This document shows positions 31,974-42,827 of a stretch of 64,000 nucleotides of DNA, one piece after another. Under the pieces are notes generated by a model. The model did not search any database and was not told where the DNA came from. It saw nothing but the letters and a program-made list of their open reading frames with translations. The translations under genes were made by a program, and so were the position numbers. Each line of letters begins with the position of its first letter. Positions within the stretch are counted from its first letter, which is position 1. The DNA comes from Prasinococcaceae sp. CCMP 1430 (lineage: Eukaryota > Plantae > Prasinodermophyta): the NCBI GenBank assembly GCA_013416795.1, contig RQSC01000125.1:17571-81570 (forward strand), given 5' to 3'.

Positions 31974-33290
31974 TTACTGGTTGCCAATCGCCTGCAGGAA
32001 GGCGGCGGCGTTGTCGGCGTACGTGGGCACGCCCGCAGCGATCTTCTCGGCCGCCTGCTTGTCGAGCTGGGCGTCCGAGGCGGCAAGGAGCGGCTCGATG
32101 AGGTTGGTGACGAGCGTGGTGCTGCCGGGGTTCGCGCGGTGTGTCGCGAGGTTCGCCATGGGGCCCTCGTGCGTAGTGAGCGCCTGCACGATCATGCCCA
32201 GCCAGGCGAGCATGGCGAGACGTCCGTGCTTCAGCTCGCGAACCTGCATCAGACGCAGGTACTCGTCGTTGGTGTTGCCGCCTGGCGCAACGCCCACGTT
32301 GAGCGGATCGAAGCGCCCGCCGGGGTACATGTCGTTCTGTGTGCAGTCCTCGAAGGCGGACGGCGGCGTCTCGTCGAAGGCGGGCCAGCCCGTGCGATGC
32401 ACTTCGACGCCCGTCATGAGCAGAATCTCCACGAACAGCAGCCCCCACGCGGCGTACGGGACAGTGTCGATGTCGTAGCCACCGTAGGTGATGGTGCACG
32501 GCGTGGTGATGTCAAAATCGCACGCAGCACCGGCCTCGAACCACGGCACGCCCGTCGTGTTCTCGGCGGCGATGGCGCCCGTCACGCCAAGCATCGCCCA
32601 GCGTCCGTGCATGAGCTCGCGCGCCGCCTTCTTGGCCACCTTGGGGTCGCTCGACGTAATCATGTCAATCGCTCCATCGTTGCCCCACTCGGGGTACGCA
32701 GAGGGCACGCGCGCGTTCTGTGCCAGCGCGCGAAGGAACCACCCTCCTTTCACGGGCGTGCCCTGGGCGTCGGCGACGGCGCAAATCTGTCAGGGAGTGC
32801 CGACACGGGAGCACGAGGGGCGCGACCACTCGTTCCGGGCGCACGCGCGCGCGCGAGGGAGCGAGCGCATCATGCGGCGCGCACGCTGGGGACAGTCGCC
32901 ACGCGCCCGATCCTCACCTTGTTCCAGTTGTTCGATGCGAAGGGGAAGAACATCAGCCAGAGCGGGTAGGGCTCCTCGTCCTTCGTGGGGCCGTAGGTGC
33001 TCTTCACCCAGTTGTTGCCCGACTTCTTCGCTTTCTTGACGGACGCCGGAGCCTCCTTCGCCTTGGCGGCCGAACTCTTGGTGCCATCCGCCTTGGCCTC
33101 CGTCTTCTCCCCTTCAACAGTGGTGGACGCAACGGTGACGTTGGCGTCATCGCCACCCGCGCCCTGGCACCGCACGCAGTCACCGCCGCAGCGGCCCTTC
33201 TTCATCTTGGGCGCCGCGGTGGTTCCCGAGGTGGGCGCTGGGGGCGAGAATTCGTCGACGCGCGCCTCCGACGTGTGGATTTTGCTCTGC
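31974..33290 (-). CDS. Light-harvesting chlorophyll a/b-binding (LHC) protein with a long N-terminal extension; intron 32787-32917, further 5' exon uncertain
   Basis: Motifs: RELMHGRWAMLG, PWFEAG, VEILLMTGVEVHR, YPGGRFDPL and RELKHGRLAMLAWLG. The GT/AG junction is phase 0. Confidence 0.9.
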
Positions 33291-34080
33291 ACGGCGTGAG
33301 CGCGCGGACGGCGCGAGTGCCGACGGGCGAGGCACGTGCCAGCGGCGTCAGCGGCGGCGAGCAGTACGAGCGGGCGCGGCAATCGAGGCCGCTCAGAGGC
33401 CGCGGCGGCGCGCGCGCCCTGCCGCGCGTGGACGCACCCGCAGCACCCACTTCCTGCGCGTCCAGGTGCGCCTCTGCGCCGGCTTGCTGGACGGGCGGGC
33501 GGCGCCGGGCGCGGCCACGCTTGGCGCTGCTCGCCGCTGACCCCTGCCTGCGGACCGTACGCACGCCGAACGGCGCCGCGGACGACAACTTCGGCTACAG
33601 CGCGGCCGCCACGGGCGCCATCGCTGCGGTGGGCGCAGGGGCGGCGAGCGCAGCGCACGAGCGCATCCTGCGCGTCTGTCGGGGGGCCGGGGCGTGCGGT
33701 GCACGCGCTCTGGTGCCCGCACCGCCTGCGGCCGCCCTCGCCGTGGGTGGGCCGGCTGGTGCAGGATGGAAGTAGTGCGCAAATTTGAAGTGCGAACGCG
33801 CCACACACACGCCACACGCCAAGCACATCCGCCTGCGCGAGTCACGAAAAGGCCCCCCGGCGAATCGCGCGCGCATGGTCGCACGCGCAGCCTGAGCAGA
33901 GAGGAGCGCGCGCTCCGGCGTCGAATCTGGGATTGCCCCTGCTCCCAGTGCGCGCGCCGGCCACACGCACGCCGCGCATATCTGCGGGTGCGCCGGCCGC
34001 GGCGCACCCGGCAGCCGAACGCATGGCGAGCGCGCCGCCGAGTGACGTGCCCGTTCGCCGGCCGGCGCGTGGCGAGCACG

Positions 34081-34116
34081 CGCGCCCGATGGCGCGCGCG
34101 CGCACCATCGGGCGCG
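34081..34116. repeat. 12-bp perfect hairpin
   Basis: CGCGCCCGATGG / CCATCGGGCGCG with a 12-nt loop. Confidence 0.8.
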
Positions 34117-34131
34117 GCGGCGGTTATCGTT

Positions 34132-34377
34132 ATGAATCTCCCATCATTTCGGATGCAACCGTTTACGGCACACGACACACATGCGATGACGCACCCACGG
34201 GATACTACTGTACATGAATCTCCCATCATTTCGGATGCAACCGTTTACGGCACACGAAGTACATGCGATGACGCACCCACGGGATACTCTTGTACGTGAA
34301 TCTCCCATCATTTCGGATGCAACCGTTTACGGCACACGAAGTGCATGCGATGAAGCACCCACGGGATACTACTGTGC
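34132..34377. repeat. 82-bp tandem repeat, three near-identical copies
   Basis: Units start at 34132, 34214 and 34296 (RTGAATCTCCCATCATTTCGGATGCAACCGTTTACGGCACACGA...GGGATACT..TGT.C). Confidence 0.95.
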
Positions 34378-35267
34378 AATCTCAACATCACAGATCAGTA
34401 TTCAGCAGGGCGATTGCGCGGAGTCGCTCGACTCGCGCGAATCTCAGCTCATGCGCGGTGTCCGAAAAGGGATTTGGCGCTGGCCTCAGGCATGCGCAGA
34501 CATGGCCAGTTTACGTACTCATGGCTGCGAAAAAGGAGCGAAATTTCTCTTGCGCGAGTTGGGGGCGACGGCGGGCGACGCGGGGCCTCCCGCGGGCCGA
34601 AAAAACGCCCGGAATTTCGCGCGCGCGCCCTCCGCGATACTCGTCGCGGGCGGTGGCCCGCACATGCAAACTTTTCGTCGCCGTTTCCATGGGTAATTCA
34701 AGAAATGTTTTTGTTAGGGGCTCGGGACAGGGATTTAGATTTAAAATCCCCGGTTCGGGAAGGCTCCGAACCGGGCTGTAAGGTAAAACCTCCTTTAGGC
34801 ACACGTGACTACTTGCTGATCCACCGGTCTCTTCCGACCGCCCGACCGACCGACCTGCGGGGACCCCGCGGGTCTACACCGCAACAGCCTCCTCCCAGGC
34901 GGGGAACCTTCCCCCCCTCCAACCCCATCAAATCGAGTGCGCGCGTCGCCTGTGCCTCGAAAAAATACGCAAATTATCTGGGATATCCGCGCGAAGTGGC
35001 ACCGGAAGGCGACGTTAGACCGGGTGTCTTCGCCGGATGAATTCGAATACATCGGGTTTAGTTAGGAGAAGAGGGGGGAAATGGAAGCGCGCGCGCGCGC
35101 GCGCGCGCCTCAGAGCGCGCACGCAGCGGCGCGCGCGCGGCGGCGCCGCGCTCGCGCTCGGACCTCCCAGGCTCATCCACGCACGCACGCACGCACGCAC
35201 ACACACCACAGCGACCACACACACCTCCCCCCCCATTCCCTCGCGGGACCCCTGGGGGTCGGCCGCG

Positions 35268-36599
35268 ATGTCGTCGTTTCAGCCGCCGCCGGGATGGGGA
35301 GCGCCTCCGCAGCAGCCGCAGCAGGGGCAGCAGCAGCAGCAGCCGGCGCACTGGCAGCAGCAACAGGCGCAGCCGCAGCAGGGGCAACAGCTGCAGCAGC
35401 GCTACCAGGCTCAGCCGCAGCAGCGCTACCAGGCTCAGCCGCAGCACGCGCAGCATCAGCAGCAGCAGCAGCCAGGCTACGGCGCGGGGGGATACGGGTC
35501 GTCGGCTGCGCCGGCGGTACCTTCGGGGGCGATGGATCCGACGGCGGGCGTCTCGGGCGGTGCGTGCGCCAGGCCCCCGCACGCGCGACGAGGAGAGCGC
35601 TCTCGCGCCACTGCCGCCTGCCGCTGCGCGCTGGCCCGCGGACCTAACCGAGCGCGCGCGCGCGCGCCCGCCCCGCCTCCCATGCCCGCGCCCGGCCGCT
35701 CTCGTGCTGACGTGCGCGTCCCCGCAGAAGACCTCGGCGCGGCCGCGACCGCGATGGGCGCCAACCCCGTCGCTGCCGGCCTGCTCGGCTCGTACGGCGA
35801 GCGGCTCATGGGCTCCGTGAAGACCAACGTGAGCAGCAACTGGCTGGTGCGCTACGTGGCGGGCGTCGAGTTCACCGAGTACTTCGCCGTCGACGCCGCC
35901 TACTTGCGACGCAAGCTGAAAATGGTGCTGCTGCCCTTCGCGCATCGCGGCAGCTGGTCGCGCCTGTGCGACGGCGTGGCCGGCGGGCTGCGCTTCAAGT
36001 CGCCGCGCGAGGACGTCAACGCGCCCGACTTGTACCTGCCGCTGATGGCGATGTGCGCGCACTGCGTGCTGCGCGCGGCGGCGCTCGGAGTAGAGGGGGA
36101 GATGGCACACGCGGCGGCGGCCGCCGCACACGCAGCGCATGCAGCGACGCACGGCGAGCTCGCCGTCGATGGGGACCTCGCGACCGCGCACTTTTACGCA
36201 GACGTCAAGCGCTTCAACCCGAGCGTCATGTCCGACGGCTTCAACAAGGCCATGTTCTGGTGGGTGGCGCAGGCCTTCGCGCTCAAGGCGACGGTGTACG
36301 TGCTCGGATCGCAGCAGCTTCCCCTCAAGGTGGCGTTCATGGACCTGATGGCCTACACGGGCTACATCTTCGTGGGCATCGCGCTGTCGGGGCTGCTGCG
36401 GCCAATGGGCGCGCTCGTGTACCGCGGAGTGCTGCTCTACTCTGCGGTGATGTGCGCGCTGTTCCTCCTTCGCACCCTCAAGCGGGCGGCGCTGTGGGGT
36501 GGTGCACACCAGGGCGCGGTGGACGCTGCCAAGGTCAACTACGTGCTGCTGTGCGCGGCCGCCGCACAGGTCGCCATGGTGTGGCTGATGAGCTACTAG
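35268..36599 (+). CDS. YIF1: YIF1 family ER-Golgi trafficking membrane protein with a Gln-rich N-terminus; one intron
   Basis: Motifs: EYFAVDAAYLRRKLKMVLLPF, PREDVNAPDLYLPLMA and DLMAYTGYIFV, plus multiple transmembrane helices. Confidence 0.92.
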   Translation: MSSFQPPPGWGAPPQQPQQGQQQQQPAHWQQQQAQPQQGQQLQQRYQAQPQQRYQAQPQHAQHQQQQQPGYGAGGYGSSAAPAVPSGAMDPTAGVSGGACARPPHARRGERSRATAACRCALARGPNRARARAPAPPPMPAPGRSRADVRVPAEDLGAAATAMGANPVAAGLLGSYGERLMGSVKTNVSSNWLVRYVAGVEFTEYFAVDAAYLRRKLKMVLLPFAHRGSWSRLCDGVAGGLRFKSPREDVNAPDLYLPLMAMCAHCVLRAAALGVEGEMAHAAAAAAHAAHAATHGELAVDGDLATAHFYADVKRFNPSVMSDGFNKAMFWWVAQAFALKATVYVLGSQQLPLKVAFMDLMAYTGYIFVGIALSGLLRPMGALVYRGVLLYSAVMCALFLLRTLKRAALWGGAHQGAVDAAKVNYVLLCAAAAQVAMVWLMSY

Positions 36600-36713
36600 G
36601 TCGCGCGCGCAACGCCGCGTCGGCGGCCTGCGCATGTACCGTGAACGCAACCTTTGCAAGTGTAGCCCGCACCTGCGCCACCCCACGCACGCACGCTGCC
36701 TCGCGCTGCCCCT

Positions 36714-36715
<2 letters not shown>

Positions 36716-36751
<36 letters not shown>
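36716..36751. repeat. Poly(C) run of about 36 nt between convergent genes
   Basis: Direct reading of the sequence. Confidence 0.85.
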
Positions 36752-36753
<2 letters not shown>

Positions 36754-36878
36754 TTCCGGTCCGCGTGTGCCCGCCTCGAGCGCGCCCGCCGGGCGCAGGG
36801 CCAACAAAAAGAGAGAATATACATGTAGCGTACACGAACTCCTGGGGCGCGCGCGCGTGCGCACCGCCAGGCGACCCT

Positions 36879-37520
36879 TCAGCGGTTCTTGTGCTTGTTC
36901 TGCGTGTGCTCCTCTCGCGCCTTCTTGATCTCGCGGTCGACGCGGAGCAGCTCCGTTGCGCGCGCGTACTTGCGCGGGTGGCGGCGCACGAGTGCCAGCA
37001 GGTCATTCACGTGCACCTTGCCCTCCTCGGCGCCGATCTCTGCCGCCTTCTGCGTCATCTCGAGGATGTACTCGATGCAAATCTCCTCCACCACGTCGAC
37101 GGTCTCTTTGAGCGGATCGGCGTCGTCGCCATAGCCGTACATGATGCGCCGCACTGCGTGGGCAGGTGGGGTAGGGCGGGGAACGTGGCGCACGGTCAGT
37201 AGTGGGGGGCGGTTATGGCGCTTCGGAAGGAGCGCGCGGGGCGCCAGCGCGAGGAGGGCGCCCGGCGGTGCGTGTGGCGACTCGAAGCTGAGTTGGGGTG
37301 GCGCACGGGGAGAGCCATGATCACCGCAAGCTCGAGCTCCCGCGCTTTCATGTGCGCGCTCGCGCGGGCGGGCGGCGGCGCGCACAGGAGCTTCGGCCGC
37401 GCTGGGCGCAGCGCCACCACTCACAGTCCTCAGTGAATATCCCTCGCTTCTTCTTCAGCGCGAACTCCTCCCATCGCTTCTTCTCCGCCTCGGGATCGAG
37501 CGGCGCGTCCGCGGCTGCTG
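36879..37520 (-). CDS. TAF13: TFIID subunit 13 (TFIID-18kDa); two exons seen, start unresolved
   Basis: The spliced KRGIFTED-L-RRIMYGYGDDADPLKETVDVVEEICIEYI...LVRRHPRKYARATELL matches the TAF13 histone-fold consensus. Confidence 0.92.
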
Positions 37521-37720
37521 CGGCGCCGCCCGCCGCACCGCCCGCCGAGCGCTTGCCGGGGGAGGCGGCCACACGCTGCGCGCGCGGCGCACGCCGCGCC
37601 CCACCTGCGCGCGGCGCCCGCTGCGAGCCGCGGCCTGCCGAGTGATCCCTCGCTCCGACTCCTCCTCCTCCCCCCTCTGGCCGCTTCCCCGCCCGCACCT
37701 CCCCCCCCCCACCGCGCATC

Positions 37721-38506
37721 ATGGAGATGCACCACAAGCTCCGCCGCGACAAGAGCTGGTCCATCCACGGCTGCAACACGTGCGGCCAGGAGGGCCACCA
37801 GGCGGCGAACTGCCCGAACGGCTCCAACGACTTCAAGGCTCTCGGCTTCGACTACCACGTCTACGAGAGCATCAAGGTGAGCGCCGCGAGCGCGCAGGGC
37901 CGGCGCTCGTGCGCTCGCTTCCTCGCTCGCGCACGCGCTCGCGCCCCGCGCGCGACCTGCTCACCAGCTGCGTGCGTGGCTGGCCTGCGCCCGAGCGACG
38001 ACGGCTCGCCGCTGACACGCGCACATGCGTGGACTGCGCCAACGCGCTCGCGATTGTCCTGCGGCCATCGCGTCCCCGCTCTCGGGCGCGCTCTCGCATG
38101 GCTCGACGCTCGGTTGTCTCTCCCTCCTTTGCCTCTTGCGCTCGCGCCTGCGCAGCCAAAGCTGAAGGTCGACTTCGAGACGCTCGAGGCGCGAGCCAGG
38201 GCGTATGCGGCGGCGATGGGCAAGACAGACGACCCAGCCGTCGCGGCGCAGGCGGCCGCGGACGTGTTGCCCGCGGCGCTGGACGAGTCCAAGGGCGGGG
38301 GCTGGAAGTCGGACGTCGACTTCGCAACGGGGCGGCGCTACTGGTACAACGAGCTCACGTGCGAGAGCCGCTGGCACCCACCGCAGCTCCAGCCGACGCA
38401 ACCACAGCTGCTGCCCGTGCCAGGCGCTGCGCAGGTGCAGGCCGAGGCGGGCGCGGCCACCGCGGCCGCGGCGGCGCTCCCGCCGCCCGCGATGCCGCCC
38501 CCCGCG
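37721..38506 (+). CDS. CCHC zinc-knuckle plus WW-domain protein; runs into the N gap
   Basis: CNTCGQEGHQAANC (CX2CX4HX4C) and GWKSDVDFATGRRYWYNELTCESRWHPP (WW). Confidence 0.85.
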
Positions 38507-39285
38507 NNNNNNNNNNNNNNNNNNNNNNNNNNNNNNNNNNNNNNNNNNNNNNNNNNNNNNNNNNNNNNNNNNNNNNNNNNNNNNNNNNNNNNNNNNNNNN
38601 NNNNNNNNNNNNNNNNNNNNNNNNNNNNNNNNNNNNNNNNNNNNNNNNNNNNNNNNNNNNNNNNNNNNNNNNNNNNNNNNNNNNNNNNNNNNNNNNNNNN
38701 NNNNNNNNNNNNNNNNNNNNNNNNNNNNNNNNNNNNNNNNNNNNNNNNNNNNNNNNNNNNNNNNNNNNNNNNNNNNNNNNNNNNNNNNNNNNNNNNNNNN
38801 NNNNNNNNNNNNNNNNNNNNNNNNNNNNNNNNNNNNNNNNNNNNNNNNNNNNNNNNNNNNNNNNNNNNNNNNNNNNNNNNNNNNNNNNNNNNNNNNNNNN
38901 NNNNNNNNNNNNNNNNNNNNNNNGGCGCGCTGCGCGCGCGGCGGCCGCCGCACAGCGCTCCGCAGAGGCGGCGTCTGCCGCGCGCGCGGCGCTCGCAGCG
39001 GCTGATGCTGAGCGCGACGAGCTGCGCGCTTGGCTCGGCGACGCCGCGTGCGGGACGCTCGGAGAGGTGCGCGCCGCTTGCGCTCGTCAGCGCCTGGCGC
39101 GCTGATGCGCAGGCGCCGCGCGACAGGCGCTGAATCGCTCGCCAGGGGCCTCGCCGGAGCGCTGACGGCGTCCTTGCGACAACCCGCTCACCCACCTCGC
39201 TCCACGACAGGGTCCCGCGGCTGCCGACGCCGACGGGCATGCCCATGCCCACGCGTACGCGCATGTTGCGCACGCGGGCGTCCCC

Positions 39286-40800
39286 ATGCCCGACGGCGCG
39301 AACGTGCTCAAGATGATATGGCAGGATGCACTCGGCGCGCACCGCTGCGCCGCCCTGCCTGTCGCGCAGCTGACCGGCCTGGGCGTGGCAGACAGCCCTG
39401 GTGCACTGGTCGGCACGAGTGGTGCTGCCGCGGAGAGCATCGACGACGGCGTCGCTGACGGCGCGTCTACAAGCGCGCGTGCCGAGTGCGCCCTGCGTGC
39501 CTTGCCGGTCCCGTCGCCATCGCCGATGCTCTGTCCGTGGGACCCTCGCGCTGCGCTGTGCTTTGCTCGCCTCGCGCGTGACGAGCCGAAGCTGCCGCAT
39601 AGTGCGCTGTGTGCGCGCGCGGCACTGCGGCGCGTCGCCGAGGCACTCAGTGCCGAGCAGGTGCGTTTGTACAAACGCGCGTGGATCGGGCGCGCGCTCG
39701 CGCGACTGGTGCGTGCTCGCTTGGCGGGGGAAAACGCTGACACGGATGGGCTGGCGCGCTCGCCTCGCAGGGCATACGGGTTCGAGTCGCCTTCGAGGCG
39801 GACTGCGCCTTCGACTCAACTCAACCATCGGCGGCGCACACGCGCACCCATACGCGCGCCTCTGCGCATCTTTACTCCGCCGACAAGCTCTCGGACGCGT
39901 GGAACAAGGTACACCGCGCACAAGAGTGGATGCGCGAAGCGGGCTCGCCGCTCGCGAGCGTGAGTGCTTGTGGCGACGGTCGCGTGCGCCTCAGCGGCCT
40001 CGCCCTGCCGCCAATGGCCGCCGCCGATGCGTTTATGCTCTGCCGAGAGGCAATGGATGCGTCGTGTGCAGGCACACGGGCGGATGGGGCTCACGTCGGT
40101 GAGCGGGCATCGTTCGCAGGCTCCGAGCTGCGCATGCGCGTGACGCTGTGGGACGCTGGCCCCGCCGCAGAAGCCGGCGAGGGGCGCGCGACCGCGAGTG
40201 TGCTCGATCGCGCCCCGCGCAGTTCTGGCGACTCGATGCAGATTCGTGTGTCGCGCGCGCAAGGGACGGCCGGGTTTCCCGTGGCCGACGCCAAAACTGA
40301 GGGCACCGAGCCCAATGTCGAGGTCGAGCTATCGCGCACCGGCGAGAGCTTCGTTGCAGGCGTGCTCGACGCTTTGCCCACCCTCGCGGGCTTTGCCGGC
40401 CCGAGTACAACGCACGCCGCGTGGGGAGTGCGCACGGCGGGGGTCCCAGTTCGTGTTCTGCCGGCGGCCGCACGCGCTGACGGCGCTGACGCGGCCGGGG
40501 CGAACGGGCACGGGCCGCTCGCTGCTGCAGCTGCAGCCGCCGTGGAGGTTCGCATCGGCGAGAGCACTTGCAACGTGCACGCGGCACTTGCTGCCGTCCT
40601 TGCTGCCGGTGCACACGGCGTGCGCACGCAGGCCCAGCTTCCCGCGCCGTTCGTGCGCAGGCCCGCTCGCGCGAGCATTGAGCAGCGCGCGGCTGCCAGT
40701 GCGTGCGAGCTGCCGGCGAGCGCAAAGGCGTGCGCCGAGGCGCTGCGTCAGAAACTGAGGTGCGGGCGCTCGCGAGAGTGCTTTGCTCACCGCGTGCTTG
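39286..40800 (+). CDS. Divergent glutamine synthetase type I-like (NodGS/FluG-like GS domain) protein, multi-exon
   Basis: MIWQDALGAHRC, LCPW...CARAALRRV, AAADAFMLCRE, THAAWG...VPVRV, VEVR..ESTCNVHAALAAVLAAGAHGVR...LPAP and ELPAS..ACAEAL are collinear with GSI-like domains. Confidence 0.7.
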
Positions 40801-41311
40801 GCGTTCGCGTGAGAGCGCGCGCCCGCGACGCAATTTGCGCGTGCAAGCTCGATCGTTCCGGCTGCGCAAAGATGCGCTGACATCGACGCTGTCGCCGTCG
40901 ATCGCGCGCGCTCGAGCGCGCACGCCTGCATAGCTCGAGCGCGGAGGGCACTGCGGGGGCTGCCGTGTGCCGCGCTCTCGGCGCGGCGTATGTGGATATG
41001 CTAGCGACGTGCTGGGAGGATCGTGCCACGCGCAAGAAGGAAGGCCAAGCTTAAATGCACGCGCGCGCGCATGTGAGGACACGCGCGTGCTGGCATCGGT
41101 GCGTTGGGTGTCGTTTTGACTACTGTACTGTATGTCTAATTGCGTCAGGTCGTGCTCGAACCTGCCCTCGCGTTGCCAGCGGTCGCGGACGCGCGCGCGT
41201 CTGATGCACGCGTGGCCGCTCGCAGGGCTGGCCGCTCTAGCGCACGGGCGCACCAGTGGCGTCCTCTCTGACGCGCAGACGCGCCTGTCAACGTCTGTCT
41301 GCCGCATATAC

Positions 41312-41845
41312 CTACGCCGCATGGGGCACGGTTCTGAAGTTCCTCTGCTCGTTGGGGAGCTGCATGAACTCGAGGGCCTTTGAGGCACGTCGCTCAACCT
41401 TGCGCGCGCGCTCGGCTTCCTGCCCCAGCGTGCGCGAGTCCGCCACGGTCGCCTTCTCCGAGATGGAGCCCGCGCGCTCGCTGCGGCTCTGCTTGGGCTC
41501 AGGGGATGAAAAAACCTTCGAGAAGGACGTGCGCCTCAGCGCCTCCTGCGCCGTCGGCTCGTGGTAGCCCGGGCCCGGCTTGGGTGGGTTGCGGGCCGCC
41601 TCCTGGCGCGCGGCCTCGTTGGCCGCACGCTCGGCGTCCACCCTCATCTTGTATGCGGCAGTCTTCTCGATGGTGTCGATCGCCGAGCGCTGCCTCTGCA
41701 GCTCCGCGGCGCGCGCGCTGTCCTTGGTGGCCTCTGAGATTGTGCCATTCCGGCCGTCGTCGCGGCCCTCCTTGGCGGGTGCGCCGCCGAAGAGGCGCAC
41801 GAACGCGTCGTGGCTGCGCGGCGCCGCGCGGCGCGGCGCGGCCAA
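41312..41845 (-). CDS. Hypothetical protein (terminal exon)
   Basis: Coding-like ORF ending ...RNFRTVPHAA*. No recognised domain. Confidence 0.45.
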   Translation of the reverse strand: MAAPRRAAPRSHDAFVRLFGGAPAKEGRDDGRNGTISEATKDSARAAELQRQRSAIDTIEKTAAYKMRVDAERAANEAARQEAARNPPKPGPGYHEPTAQEALRRTSFSKVFSSPEPKQSRSERAGSISEKATVADSRTLGQEAERARKVERRASKALEFMQLPNEQRNFRTVPHAA

Positions 41846-42827
41846 GTCAGTGGGGGCTCAGCAGCCCGCGCCGCGCGCGCCCCGAGGCATTCCCCGCGCC
41901 TCGCGCCTGGCCTCTCTTCGCCCCGCGCCTCGCGCCTCGCCGCGCCCCTCGCGCGCCCGCCGCACCTGCCCATTGGAATCGGTCGGAGAGGGGGACGAGC
42001 GAACGTGATCTCGGCGCCGCGCCGCGGTGCTGCGCGCAGGAGTGGCGCCGCCCGCGCCGCCGCCGCAATCCCTCGCGCCGCTCTCCCAGCCGCGCGCGCG
42101 CGCGTGCGCGCGCGCGCGCGCGCGCGCGTTCCCCGACTTGCGCGCGCGCGACGAAATCCCGCGCGGCGAAACGGACGACGCACACAACAGGCAGCAATCA
42201 ATTGGAGGGGAGTGAGGTGGCCTCGGTCGGAAGCGGCTCCCGGCCGAGCTCCGCAGGCACGTGCGTAGGCAGTGGGTGGGTGGGTGCGGGGACGGCGGGA
42301 GTCGCACGCCGCGTTGGGCTGACGTGGCGGGGGGCGCACGCGGACGTGGCAGGGGCGGTCCGCGTAAGCCGCGTGCCGATGCATAGCTACGTACACCTGT
42401 CTGTGTAGCTGGCGTACAACATTTATGTCTCGTCGCGCGCCCGGCCCCGTCCGTGATTGGCGTAGGCCTCCCGCCACGAGCGAGTCACCCGGCCGGTACC
42501 ACTCCCCCGTGCCCGTCGCCCGCCCGACCGAGCTCACACTCAGCGGAGGATGCTGGCTGGCTGGCGGGAGCGCGCTCCGCCCCGGCTGGGCCGTGGATGC
42601 GGGCTGGTTCCCCCGTGCGGCTCATCAATCAATCCGAAGGTATGACAGAGTTCTTATTATCAAACGACGAAGGGGCGCGGGGGCGCGCGTCCCTTGGGGC
42701 CGCGGCGCCTCCCTGCGCGGGCCGCGGCTCCGAGTCGCTCGCGGGCCTGCGCAGGCGAACGCGCGCGTGCTGGGCGAGCCTGTCCCGCGACAGACGGATG
42801 AACGCCGGGCTCCCGCCTTCCATGCCG

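Noticed and set aside
34132-34377. CRISPR-like array
   Set aside because: The units are contiguous 82-bp near-identical repeats with no unique spacers. There are no cas genes and the context is eukaryotic.
39760-39800. tRNA-like GGTTCGAGTC motif
   Set aside because: No acceptor stem, D arm or anticodon arm could be built around it.
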